A stretch of DNA of 64,000 bases from Callorhinchus milii (Eukaryota): contig NW_024704742.1 in NCBI RefSeq assembly GCF_018977255.1, positions 2,792,001 to 2,856,000 of the forward strand, given 5' to 3'. A program made the position numbers and the translations under genes. This document shows positions 12,416 to 24,627 of the stretch, piece after piece; the stretch's first letter is position 1; each line of letters opens with the position of its first letter. The notes under the pieces were generated by a model, which did not search any database, was not told where the DNA came from, and worked only from the letters and a program-made list of their open reading frames with translations.

Positions 12416-13201
12416 GGTACTTAGAGCTCTTGATGTGGGCCCGTGAAAAGTAGAACATGCTCACAGTCTCCATGTATCTTCAAGCCGACAGATGGAGCTG
12501 GTTTATTAATGCAGCAATGAAAGGAAACAGGTGGCACATTCCAAATCGACAACATTTATTTGTTTACATTTTGCGTATTAGGTTTCCAAATTGCACGACT
12601 GCTGGGCAACATCAGTTTCCTCTCTTTGTTTGGATAGCGATGCATTCAGTTCCTTTTTCTTCCTCAGATAACTTTTTTTTCCGCAATGAAACACTATACA
12701 CCTATTGGGAATATGTGCTTTAAAACGGGGAGTGGGGGGGGGGGGGAGTTAAATTGAGATCTCAATATTTACGCCACACTTTGGTTTGCACGAACAACCA
12801 TTCTTTCGTGAAAGTTACTGCTCGACAAGGATCTAAGTTGTTGAGAAGGAATTCGGTCCTGATAGTTACTGCTCTGAAAGATTGCTTTGCCGCCCAGTTT
12901 TAGCTGGAGCCCTGGCGCGCACTGCCGATCGGGTGGAAGTTAAATACGTGCGATCGGTTTATGTTTGTGTCAAGATTAGACTCCAGTCGTCAGACATACA
13001 AGTCTTGAATGATAACAGGGCAAACAATCAGTTTGCCTTGTGAAAAATTCAGATGAGTGACCAGAGGACAACAGTATGCCACAGCTTGCAACCTTCACTG
13101 TGTTTCTTGCTGCCGCGATTGTAAACTGACAGTAGATATGCCTTGTCTTCGACTAAGATTCCTTAGCAGTAAGAAGCTCCTATTGCAAACGTCTACTGGG
13201 G

Positions 13202-13385
13202 CAGTGGTGCCCAACTTTATTGGTCGGCCAACCAGATACATGTTCTTGATTGAATATTTTTTAATGTTTGGTGGTGTTTTGGGCAGCCCCACAAAGGTAG
13301 CTACCGGAAACAAGGCATCGATTTGGGATGGACTCACCCGGACTAGCGCGAGTCTTGGGCGTGCAACTTCTTGGGCCACCAGTGC
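13202..13385. mobile_element. Possible decayed hAT/Charlie-type MITE
   Basis: Left end cagtggtgcccaac, right end ttgggccaccagtg (imperfect inverted ends); no convincing TSD. Confidence 0.35.
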
Positions 13386-13617
13386 TCTCGAGCCCGATTT
13401 GGAAGTACCATAAAATTTGAGTTTTTTTGAGCAACTTCATGTTTCCTTAAGATTTTGCGTGTTTGTATTTAAAAAAAACAAACACGCACCTCTGATGACC
13501 TCAGGGATTAAACACTGCGGTACAGTCCTTGGGTGTGTAGAAGATAAATGGTCGCGGGTTCAAATCGAAATGACCCAATTGTTATAGAGAAACCTTGTGC
13601 TTAATTGTATGTGTGAT

Positions 13618-13845
13618 AATAAACGCTTACATTTGTTACAGCGCCTTTCGTGTCAGGAGGATGTCTCAAAGGGCTTACCTATATTGTAAATTTTACACAA
13701 CAACAATGTCCCACCAGCAGCCATAATATGAATGACCAAATTTACCTGGGAATGTTGGCCCGGACACCGGGAGAAACTTCAACATCCACGAGACCTTTAA
13801 CATCCACTGAGCAGGCAAGACAGGACCTCGGCTTAACATATCTGA
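13618..13845 (-). mobile_element. Old Deu-domain SINE, internally deleted
   Basis: Tail and core motifs in reverse orientation. Confidence 0.65.
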
Positions 13846-14194
13846 GCTTGGTCCTCTCCATACATCCCTCTGCTACCCCCCACCCCCACCACCGCCGACC
13901 CACCCACTCACCCGCCCACCACCAACCAAGCGCACAAAGGAATCAGCATTTTGGGTAACATGTTGGACAAAGAAGAGAAATAATCGGTAATTGTGCAGCA
14001 CAGTGCTTGTCTAGCTGGGGTCACCATATCCTCACCGTTGAGACCTCAGTTCACAGAGTTAAGCAAACCTCATCGGTTTGAGGGTTACTGCACATCTACC
14101 AGGAATGTGTTCCAGGATCAGTTCCGTTCGGCCCCAGGGAGTCTCTACCTGTTTACGTTCTTCTCACCACCCCTCTTTCCCTGAGGGTATGATT

Positions 14195-14300
14195 AGTGCT
14201 CATTTTAATAACCTTGAAAGGATGGAAGGGCTGATCCAATCTGTCACGATATGAGTCTTGAACTGCCTGCTCAGAGATTCAACTCCTGAGGTAACCCAAT
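14195..14300 (-). mobile_element. Remnant of a different SINE with a Sauria-SINE/Meta-domain-like core
   Basis: Minus strand reads a B-box-like gttcaagac followed by tcagcccttccatcctttcaaggttattaaaatgagcac. Confidence 0.45.
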
Positions 14301-14664
14301 ATGCCACGAAAGAAAAGTATTTCGATCGTTGTCCTGGTCAACAATCTTCCTGGTAAATTTCTGCGACACTGTTTTGTGTGTAGGTTGGCTGCCGCAGTTG
14401 CCTATGAAGACAGGTGGTCGCTACACTTGATGGTAATTACCCGTGAAGCACTTCGAGCCGTTTCAACGGCTATTTCCCAGTTTATTTGTTGCTGTATTTA
14501 TCAACCTTTGGCTGCAGTAAACAATCCTGCAGAAAAAAAATATTTCTTGCGCTGCGGGGATTGAGAGTACCCACGCATTGCAGTTATCATGATTATACTC
14601 TTTTATACTGCATAGTTGGTTATTTAATTCACTTTGCTTATCTAATCTATGCAAGGAAAGCTGC

Positions 14665-15140
14665 AGGATGAATAGAAACGCAAAAAGTTCATGCTAAACT
14701 CATATGAGTCTTTAGTTAGACCGAAGTTAGAATATTGTGTTCAGTTTTGATCATCCCGCTTTAGGAAAGACATTAAGGAGATAGTGAGGATGCAGAGGAG
14801 ATTTATTGGAATGATGCCAGGGATGAGGGGTTTGGCCGATGAGTGGAGACTGGAGGAAGTGGGACCTTTCCCACTGGAACAAAGAAGTTTGAGATGTAGC
14901 CTGATAGAAGTATTTAAATTAAGAATATTTCTGACAGAGTCAATAGAGAGAAATTGTTTCCAATGGTCGATGAGTCCATAACTGTAGGACAGCAATTTAA
15001 GAGAGTTAGTAGGTGAGCATTTGGGGGAGGTAGGAGAAATGTGCTCACAGCGGTGAGTAGAGAGCGTGAACTGCTAGAAGAAGTAAAATGCATTTGGGAT
15101 AAACCAAACTGCTTGCAGAGCTCGGTGTAGTTCATTAAAG
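14665..15140 (+). mobile_element. CR1 LINE ORF2 3' fragment
   Basis: Decayed translation SLVRPKLEYCVQF...RMQRRFIGMMPGMRGL...LIEVFK. Confidence 0.85.
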
Positions 15141-15381
15141 CACAAAGTGAAAGGTGTCGGAGTCAGGAGTTCACACTGCATGAAATTATTCCACTGGCTT
15201 CAGCAACTTCCTCAGGTTCGAGTGCTTTCAGGAAATCTCTTCACCTACCAAAATAGAGCCTGCTGCTCCTTCATGCCAGTGATTCCTTCGCACCACGCTC
15301 TCCATCAACGGTACGTTCCAAACTGATACACGTCGGGATGTGGGCGCGCAGGAGCGTCCGCACTTGCCTCTCCGTTTTCAG

Positions 15382-15504
15382 GGCTTGAGCTTCGGACAAT
15401 CCAGGCCGGAACTCTTTGACTTCCAACAGGCCAGCAAGATTACGAGGCGGTGTATTGATCACCCAAACGTAGACGGGATACATACGGGGAACTCACAGCA
15501 CTGG
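15382..15504 (+). other. Candidate 123-nt exon, open in phase 0 (GLSFGQSRPELFDFQQ...SQHW)
   Basis: Strong acceptor cttgcctctccgttttcag, moderate donor TGG|gtagga. It stops in phase 1, so it is incompatible with the phase-1 chain. Confidence 0.2.
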
Positions 15505-16174
15505 GTAGGATACCCTTAGACCCGGTGATTATTTTCCAATTGCGGCAGACACTTGGCTGAACAAAAAATAAACACCCTGTGTTCCTGACACTCTATGAGA
15601 CAAACATCAGTTGCTTCTTACCCAAGTACACACTGTTGTCAGGGAACACAATCCTCATTTAATGCAGCAGGCAATTGGCATTAAAAGCTGTGACCCAATC
15701 GTTGAGCATGACTGCTGCTGCCAGCGCAAACTCCAGTCGAGCGCACGTCGTTTACATGAACCTTAACTTGTACGCTTTAGAAAGCTAATGAGCCTTATAT
15801 CTGAATTCCGCTCCGTGATTCAGCTGTGCTCGTGGCTCCCCAGAGACCATCTGTGCACGTGGAACTGTTCCTTTGAAGTCATCTTTAAATAAAGAGGAGG
15901 AAGTAAAAGAATATTTGAACAGGAATTTTAATGATCTTTCGCGCAAAAAAAAAAGGAAACAAATGTAGTATTTGAAGGCGAAGACAAGTCTAGAGGGAGT
16001 CCTTTCTGTTTGAAGAACTTCTCCAGCTCTTTGCAGGAAATAAGATTGTTAGAAACATATTTGACTTATCCACGAGTTTCAAGGATTGGGGAGATGCACG
16101 TATTCTGATCTCCGTCTAAGCTGCTGATATCTTTGACAGAAACGAGTCAAGAAAATCTCTATTGCCAGTCTGGC

Positions 16175-16632
16175 TGTCAGGTGTCAGCTCTGTCACCGTA
16201 CTCCTGTCTATAAGTCGGAAGGCTCTCTTTAAAGCCCAATATCAGGAATTTGAGCTCGCAGTCTCGCCTGACACTCTAATGCAATGTAGGCGGAGGGCTG
16301 CTTTGTCGGAGGCGCCACCCTTCAAATTAGACTTTAAATCAAGGTCCCGACTGCTTGTTCAGGCAGACGTTAAAAGATCCCATGGCATTACTGAAAATGA
16401 AAAGGGATGTTTCCTGCCGTCCTGGCTAACAATTTTCCCCGGATAAAATGGGTCATTCGCTTCATGGCTCTTCGTAGGAGATTGCTGTGCAAAAATTGTC
16501 TGCCACTAATACTGTAAGGATTATTTTGCTAATACACAGTGATACACTTCACAGCAACTCTTGCGAAGCGCTTTGAGATGTGTTAAGGCGCTATATTAAA
16601 CGCAAGAATTACTAGCAAGATTATTATTATTT
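16175..16632 (+). mobile_element. Old Deu-domain SINE, near full length
   Basis: Head gtgtcagct..., complete Deu core and tail. Confidence 0.8.
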
Positions 16633-16704
16633 GAAAATATTATCAGTTGAATTTTTTTATAGCGCCTGGGAAACAATGCAAAGAAATGTTGCGACATCAT
16701 ATCT

Positions 16705-16962
16705 TCAGTAATCCTTACCTTTGCTATAACAAATGAACGTATTGGAACATCTCAAAGTGCCTCGCAGAATTTACCACAAAGTGTTAGTGACTGTGCGTTC
16801 GTATGCAAACGTGGTAGCCAATGTGCGCACCGCAATGTCTCACAAACAGCAATGTCATTTTTTATATGGTGGATTATTTGCCCGGACACCTTCCTTCTGT
16901 CTTTGAGAGTGCCATGGGATCTTTAACGTCCACCTGAATCGACAAGTAGGATCTCAATTTAA
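16705..16962 (-). mobile_element. Old Deu-domain SINE
   Basis: Reverse tail and core, interrupted by a young + strand tail at 16965-17073. Confidence 0.7.
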
Positions 16963-17724
16963 CTACGAAATATACAGTCAATTCACTTCACAGTGTATCC
17001 TGCGAAGCGCTTTGAGACGCCTCGAAGATGTGATGAGGCGCTGTATCAAATGCAAGGATTATTATTATTATTAATTTAAAGGATTAAAGAATGACACCTC
17101 TAATGGAGCAGCGCATCCCAGCGTGTCACATTGATAGAAAGAGACAATATCGAGAGGTCGAAACAGCACCGTCGCAATTAAGGCTCTGATACATTGTGCT
17201 TTAAACCCAAAGAGCCAAAGTTAATTACCCGCAGCTCCAGCCAGTCTGCAACCAGTGAAGCTGAGGCTTGACCCTTTAACCGGTGGAACCTAATAGAAAG
17301 GAGGAAGATAAGAATCTCAGCATTATAGAAGCAGCCCAGCCAGTGATAGCTGAAGCTTCGCTCTGATATTGTTCCCAGGTCATTAGACGGCTTGACAAGC
17401 CCTGCAGGCTTCCATTCATTGATGGATCAAATATCTTGTCTCAGCAGACACAGAGACAAGAGAGGGCTGACCATCCAGGTCTGAACCGACAAAAAATGTT
17501 AATAAGCACTTGCAAAGAAAGTCCGCAGATGTTTGTTGGACGCACAGACACACGCGCACATGGAATATCTTCAGGGAGGTATTTCAGAAAAAGTGGAGGA
17601 AAACAAAAATACCACTTTTACATTGCATTGCAGCTCTGGAGATTCGAAACGTGGCGTATTAAAGCATATTAAACCTCTGCTGCTTTTACGTTTGCGGAGG
17701 TAGTTCGTGCTCGGCAAATAACAT

Positions 17725-17761
17725 TACGTGCGTGTGTGTGTGCGTGTGCGCGTGCGCACGT
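17725..17761. repeat. 37-bp alternating purine-pyrimidine (GT/GC) tract
   Basis: tacgtgcgtgtgtgtgtgcgtgtgcgcgtgcgcacgt. Confidence 0.9.
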
Positions 17762-17817
17762 TTTGAAACCATCGAATAAGCATTGTGATAACGTTTGCAC
17801 ATGCACATCACCAGTAG

Positions 17818-18612
17818 GTGTCAGTCTGGCTCAGTTGGTAGCGCTCTCGCCTCTGAGTCAGAAGGTGGTGGGTTCAAGCCACACCTTGGGTCTTGGAACG
17901 CGTAGAGTCTAAGCCGACACTCCAGTTGACTTGCTGGAGGTGTGCTGCATCGTCACAGATGCCTTCCTTTGGATGTGATCCAATGAAGGGTCCCATCTGC
18001 TTGTTCAGGCGCAAGATAAAGATTCCGTGGTACTATTTGAAAAGAGAAGGGAGTTTTTTCCTGGCCAACAATCCCCCAGACAAAATGAGTCATTTATTTC
18101 ATGGCTGTTTTGTGGGATATTGATCTGTGCTAATTGACTACCGTGTTCAACAACAGAATATACACAGTCGTACCAGTCCTGTAGCACAGTGGTTAGCGCA
18201 TTCGCCTCGCAAGCGAGAGGACCTGGGTTTGATTTCCGGGTGGGACGAAGCCTTAGGCAAATTTACTTACTCCACACGCCTCTGTTTACCCAGCGGTAGG
18301 TAGGGACCTGGTTGTTAGTCGATTGGCGGATTGCTTTCCGGGGGTAATAATCCCTTCCAAAAAAAAATTGATCGTTAAATCCACAACTGTTTGTGGGATA
18401 ATAATAATAATAATCCTTGCATTTGATATAATGCCTTATCGCGGCTTCGAGACGTCTCAAAGCGCCTCACAGGATATACTGTAAAGTGTATTGACGGTAT
18501 ATTTTGTGGGCGAAACGATTTACAGTAAATCCTGTGAAGTGCTTTGAGACATCCTCCTGACCTGTAAGGTCCTATATCAACTGCAAGCTTTACTATTAAA
18601 TGCAAGGATTTA
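17818..18612 (+). mobile_element. Old full-length Deu SINE (17818-18172 plus 18518-18612) with a nested young SINE
   Basis: Head gtgtcagtctggctcagttggtagcgctctcgcctctgagtcagaagg...ggttcaagcc and Deu core; the tail resumes at 18518. Confidence 0.85.
18175..18517. mobile_element. Young variant-B SINE with its 3' third inverted
   Basis: 18175-18398 is the + strand head and body; 18399-18517 is the minus-strand tail segment. Confidence 0.85.
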
Positions 18613-18689
18613 GTTTTCTATCCAAAAATGTAGAATCTTTGTCGAGAAGATGTGATATTACTCTTGCACAGTATAATGGGAGCTACTCG

Positions 18690-18930
18690 ACTGTAGTACG
18701 CTATGCCCCTAATCTCTGGAACTCCCTATCTCAACCCCCTCCATCTCATGCCCTCTCTATTTGTCTTAATTTCCTGCCTTAACACTTCAACCGTGCCTAC
18801 GATCACCTCCTTCCCTGCTTTCTTTTCCCTTCTCCCCACCGGGGTCAACATCTGCCTCACCATCGTAAAGAGCTCCGAGACATAACTGCTTGTGAAGGGC
18901 GCAATATAAATGCAAGTTGTCGTCGTCGTA
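18690..18930 (+). mobile_element. L2-clade LINE 3' end
   Basis: ctctggaactccct... and tail gtgaagggcgcaatataaatgcaagttgtcgtcgt. Confidence 0.65.
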
Positions 18931-19524
18931 TGCAGGAGTTGTGCTATTACTTGTCGGTTATTAAAGACATGTTTATTGCAGATACTTCTCGAGAGCCAAG
19001 TAATCAATGCGGAATGGCTGATAGTGAGATTTCAAATCTTTAATTTACTTCAGATGTTCAAGTGACAGAATGAATTTGAGACGTTCAAGGAGTTTATGTA
19101 AATCATGGGAATGTGTAATTAGATTATAGCTTTGAATTCACTCTTTGTTCATTTTAAATTCCTATCGTTTGTCACTTTAAGTTCTACATTTTTCAGGAAA
19201 GAGGAATTGCAATGAATTAGTTTGTGTGTGTGTGGGAAAAAAAAAGCTTCTATAATCTCTTCCTTCTCGCAGAATTGTGTGATGTGCATACTGTTCTCTA
19301 CATCAGGGAGACAGACAGTAAAAGGCTTGAGTACAAAGGAGCTCATGTCATGATTCTGTGATGAGGGTTGACTGCATGTTTTTCATATCTACAACCATAA
19401 AAGCAATGAAATAGGGTATTCGGGGCAGTGTGTGACTGGGGAGGGAGTAACTGAACATGCAAATAATGGAAGTATGTGGGGCAGTGATTGATGGCGAGGT
19501 GGGGGTTTGGAGGTGTATCTGGGG

Positions 19525-19782
19525 TAGTGGGTGTTCAAGATCCCATAGCACTAGTCATAAAGAGGAGGGAGTTTCTTCCGGTGTCTTGGCCAAGATTCCC
19601 CCAAATAAAATTGGTCACTCACACCGTGGCTGCTTGTGGGACACTGCTGTGCAACGAAATGACTGCCGGGCATTCAATTCCACCCTCAAACACGTTACAG
19701 TCGATCCACTTTGCAGTGCGTTCGCTTCGTGACGTCTCAAAGATACAATAAGGCGGTAAAACCAAATGCGAGGACTATCATT
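19525..19782 (+). mobile_element. Old Deu-domain SINE 3' part
   Basis: aagatcccatagcacta...gggagtttcttccggtgtcttggccaa core and tail. Confidence 0.75.
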
Positions 19783-20167
19783 TCTGGCGCTTGGGGTGCT
19801 GCGGTGCCAAAGCAGTGAAATCACACGCTTGGAGGGTTATGAACAGAGTTGCTGTCGGCCCACAGGATTCTAAGATATGGTCAATATTGGGTTAATCTAG
19901 AGCTCAGCTCGTCGCCGAGAGGAACGAATGATGTACTGCCTGCTCACAAGAGACTGGAACTGCCCAGAACTAGTTGGCACCTAAACGGCGAAACCTGCCA
20001 CTACCAAGAACTTCTCGAGGACTTTGGGGAAGTGGTTTGGTTCCGCCCGGCAGACTTCTGCTCTGTAAAGCATCTGGAAAGAGCTGAACTGGCTCCAAGG
20101 CGGTATAGTTGCCAATTGGAACGTCAGGATCGAGTCAACGCTCTGTGGCTGTCTCAATGGGCCAGTG

Positions 20168-20465
20168 CTTGAGTCCAGGTGGGTCCGCAGTATTCCAGGG
20201 CACTGCTGATGACAGCCCAGCCCACCCCAGCCCGGCCCAGCCCAGCTCATGGTAGGACTTGGAAGGGTCAACCACTCCCTGGGACCAGGGAATCATCTCA
20301 CTCTGCTCCTGTGAACGCTGCAAGCCAAAGCTGTACTGGGTCGGGGTGGTCCTAGCTGGACAAGCAGCGGGAAAGCTTGCCAGGCAGTGCTTCAGTGGCA
20401 AACTTGGTGGTTTCAAGGTTTTAACTCAGTTGGACACCAGCAGTACCCGCTTGGCTCTCACCAGG
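20168..20465 (+). repeat. Unclassified old repeat family X, longest copy
   Basis: Colinear with 37020-37250 (ctcactc-gctcc, aagccaaagc, cggggtggtcc-agctgga, agcagcgggaa). Confidence 0.65.
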
Positions 20466-20505
20466 CCTGCATCTCATACTCTCCTTACTCCTTACTTAGG
20501 TAAGT
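20465..20505 (+). promoter_or_regulatory. Recursive-splice-site-like motif (pyrimidine tract-TAG|GTAAGT)
   Basis: A 33-nt AG-free pyrimidine-rich stretch, AG at 20498-20499, followed immediately by the consensus donor gtaagt. Confidence 0.35.
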
Positions 20506-21263
20506 AGGATGTGTGTGTGTGTGTGTGTGTCCCTGAACCCCACCCACCCACCCAACGAGGGAATCAACACTCCTTTCCAATACACGGGAATTTCCATCTT
20601 TAAGGTACAAAGATGCTTTTGTTTCAAATACCCTGAGCCATGGCGATGGGTTTCCACATGTGCTAAGACACCCCACTGAACCCCCCAACCCCCGCCCCCG
20701 AAAAAAAATTCCGTTCAATTTCTCGTAGGTGCCTTGATTCATCATTGTCCAGACCAACACCACGTTAGTTCAGGCCGGCAATCCTAAGTCAGTACTTTAA
20801 AAATATTTCAGCTTTCATGTACCACAAACTCGTTTCGGTGTCAAAATGATTCGTAATTTGCCACGACACCATTTAACCCTGAATGTTGTGCAGAAGGAGC
20901 AAGGTAATTATTCCAAGAACTCTTAACAGAAACGATGTCAGGTTGCATAGGTCGTTAAGACAGGAACGTCAAATCAAAGAAGTGAACGGCACGACTCCTG
21001 GCAGTGGTGAACCGCTTTGCGCTGACGGAACAGGTTTTGTGAAATTACTTTTGCGGCAGATTCCCAGTAGAAAGGTGACATTTTGGTTATTAAAGGTGAC
21101 GTTGGTCTTGTGCACATCTCATTTACATTCATTTGTTTGACTGCACTGTATGCCCACCCCCCCCCACCCCCCCTTTATTTTTACCGTGCACCTAAGTCCT
21201 TCATCGGGTAAACTGAAAATGTCCGAATACACCGTTACCCATTAAACTGCCAGCAGGTCAATC

Positions 21264-21530
21264 AATAATAATAATACTGATAATAATCCTTGCATTTAAT
21301 ATAGCGCCTTAACACGTCGTTCAGGTGTTTCACAGCGCTGAACAGAGTATACTGTGAAGTGGATTGACCGCGTATTTTGTGGGCGAAACGCGGCAGCCAA
21401 GTGCGCACAGCAGCGCTCCCGCACGCAATCATGGAATGAATGACCCACATTTTTCAGGGGTTGTGGGTGGGCTTATTATCCCCGGAAAGCGACTTGCTGA
21501 TCGACTAACAGCCGGTTCCTAGTTACTGCT
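21264..21530 (-). mobile_element. SINE variant B, 5'-truncated
   Basis: Tail, body and part of the B segment in reverse. Another minus tail at 22066-22200. Confidence 0.85.
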
Positions 21531-22921
21531 CGGTGGGAGCTCCCTACCCACCCAGCTGCTTCTGTGGGTTTTGAATTCATGCTCAGATACACAGTAATAC
21601 TGCAGTATTAATGTTACTCAGAATCAAGGAGAGTCTCAGTATTGTAATGTAGTATTAATCTTCAACTGATACAATAAATTGTATTTTAAATATAAAGTAT
21701 TTTAAACCATTTACCACCTGTGTCTGCCGTGATCACCTCTTTCCTTCTAATCTGCCAGCTCTTTATTAGTTTAACTTTATTTCAACTCTTTTCCACCTAT
21801 TCTTCCTCTTTTCTTTTTAATTATTACACCATGTTTGATCAGAGTCAACCATCACAACCCGTCCCTTTGAAAACCTGGTGTTAATTCAGCTCTGAAAGCG
21901 CTGAGACAGGAACCGTTGTGCAAATGTTAAGCGAAGAGAGCAAGAGAAAGTGTTCAGCCCCAAAGCTGCTGTAACGCACCTTATATAAAATGATCTCATG
22001 TCTTGCTTCTTGTGATAATTGGCACATCACGTATTACTTGAGTTTCCAAACTGCTTCTAAAATGGGATAATAATAAATAATAATATATAGCATAATCCTT
22101 GCGTTTGATGTAGCGCCTTATCACATCTTCGAGACTTCACAAAGTGCTTCGCGGGATATACTGTAAAGCGAATTGACTGCGTGTTTTGTGGGGATTTGTT
22201 AAGAAGGACTGCGAGTCGCACATTAAAATTGCTTTCAGTCCATCGTGGAGGCCTGTGGGACCTGCTCTTCGATGCAATCTATTTTCGGCGCAGAGTTCCC
22301 ACCTGGACACATTTTCTTTGCTGGAAGGAATCCCCATTTGAGTTCAGCAGGACAGGCATTGATTGATTGCAGTAGCCACACGTGCACAGTATTCCGGGTT
22401 TCTAACATGTGTGGCCCAAAGCTGGTGAGAGCAAGTCAGCAGATTAGACAGTGTTTCACTGCATCAGTTGGGGATGTGTACGTTCTAAGCTCATCGGATA
22501 AACAAAGGTTTTGTTTTATATACAGATAACGAGCAAAGCTGATCATTTTTCTGGACTCGGTTTGGGTCCAGTAGGCGGCCTGTAAATTCAAACGTTTACC
22601 TCCACGTAGGCTGACGGCTCAGAGTGGAAAGCACTGCGTCACTAATTCCTCCAACTGTCAGTCTTTCTACTTGAAGCAGCAGGTGTTAAATGTGACTTTT
22701 ATCAATGGCCTAGAGAAAAGGCAGGGAAAATGCCAGTGGTTATCCGTTATCTATTAATTTTTCATAGAAAAAACACCTTTCCAGCCTCCTAGGCCTTTGG
22801 GATAAGTCTGCGAACAGAAGAAAGCGACTGAAATCGTGGTACAGGCATGAAATGGCACAACGCTTCCCATTGCACTGTGGAACCTTTGCGCTGAGATGTT
22901 TTCGAAACGGTCTGTTTACAG

Positions 22922-23029
22922 ATAAACGAGTTGGAGATGTTTCGGGAAACAAATTCACCCGATTCAGTTCTGGGGGTAGAATCGTGAAACGTGACAGATT
23001 TTTGATGAAACTTTTCCAGAAATCTGCAG
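22922..23029 (+). CDS. Candidate internal exon, 108 nt, phase 1-1 (D-KRVGDVSGNKFTRFSSGGRIVKRDRFLMKLFQKSA)
   Basis: Acceptor ggtctgtttacag|AT, donor GCAG|gtaaac, open frame in phase with the 10923 donor. Alternative same-frame acceptors at 22792 (phase 1) and 22767 (phase 0). Sits in a ~2 kb repeat-free island. Confidence 0.35.
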
Positions 23030-24218
23030 GTAAACAACTTGCGACTTATCTCGTGAATGAACGGACGCTCATCGGGTCGCTACTGATGTTTCCTGCTGTT
23101 ATTACTGTTACTGTTGATCCTGGATCCCGACGTTACTTCATGTACACCGCGTGCGCGCGGTGTCTGATTCTTGGATCGGATACACCTGGGGGAGCCGCGG
23201 TAGCATATTCCACAGAAAAGTGCACCCGAAATAACGTTTAGATCTTTGAAAGCGGGAGTCCGAATCGAAAATTAAATGGGCGTCTTGAGTTTTTTCGTTG
23301 AGGGCACATTGGATGCAAAAATAAGTGTTTAACCACCAAAACAGATCATTTTACGTACGTTGGCTTGAAAGAATCACTGAACGCAGCAGTTTGGGCGTGA
23401 TAAATTAACCCAGGCTGTAGTTGAAATATCTCGAGTTATTTTCTACTAAGTGTTAACGCTTCTCCTTCACACTGTCGTGCTCAGGAACTGCTCCACACGA
23501 TCTCATCGGGACTTAGTTGTTAATAAAATATTCGAAACTTCTACAGCGATGGATGGAAAATAGACCACGTTGTGTTTGATGTTCAAAAGGGCATCCTGTT
23601 GCTGGTGCGTTGTCTTGAAGTTAATGGGGTGTGTTTATTGTCTCGCAGTGTTTCATGAACCCATAAGCAAGAATGATTTGTGTTCAGTAAAACTGGGATC
23701 TGATGTGCGAGCTAAGATAAGTGAGCTGTTCTGTTGCTATTTTACACCGATTCGACATGCGGTGTGTTAAATGGGGAAAAAAAACATCATCCGCTCCTGA
23801 GGGATTAGCTATGAACTTCCAGTCGAGTAGCATAGCCCAGCACCAACAGATGAAGCGGATTTGAGGAGGAGCGAGTGGTGGATCCGAATCAGGATGTGGT
23901 GGGTGTCCAGGGCCAATGTCCCGTGGGATGAGGAGATAAAGCAGAAGAAACGCCTGAGGCATAGTGATTTCTAAAAGAGTTCCTTAATTAACGAAGCCGG
24001 CAGTATTTTAGGATCCAGTTCATGGGGAACGCCCTCCGACACGATCCACTTTCAGAGACTATGTCCTGTGAAGTCGCTGTGATATTCACGACATAAGAAT
24101 AATAATAAAACTCCAGAGTTCTTTATTCAAACCCTGCTGTTATTTCAGGGTGCGATGAGAATGTAAACTTGCGATGATACGGTAGTATCTCATAATTCTC
24201 ACATTTGGTGTAGAGCCT

Positions 24219-24536
24219 TAATAATAATAATAATAATACTTGCATTTGATATAGCGCTTTTCACGTCGGGAGGACATCCCAAAGCGCTTCACAGAACACA
24301 CTGTAAAGTGAATTGACTGTATATTTGTGGACGAATGCGGCGGCCAATTGCGCACAGCAGCGTCCCACAAACAGTCGTAGATTGAAAATGACCAATTTAT
24401 TATTGTTTTTGGTTTTTGGAGGGATTATTATTAGGAGTAAGGAAACTTGCCCAAGGTTTACGCCCTCTGCCTGGAATTGAACTCAAGTCTCTCGCTTGCA
24501 AAGCGAGTGCTCTAACCACTGAGCTACAGGACTCCA
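24219..24536 (-). mobile_element. Young SINE, full length (variant A)
   Basis: Complete head, body and tail; TSD agcctta at 24214-24220 and 24537-24543. Confidence 0.95.
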
Positions 24537-24627
24537 AGCCTTATCATGCCATTGAGACATCTCAACCCGGTTAAAGTGACGCAGCTGCCATTTGTAGCAT
24601 TCAGCGCTCCGAGGTTCCATCCCGTCA

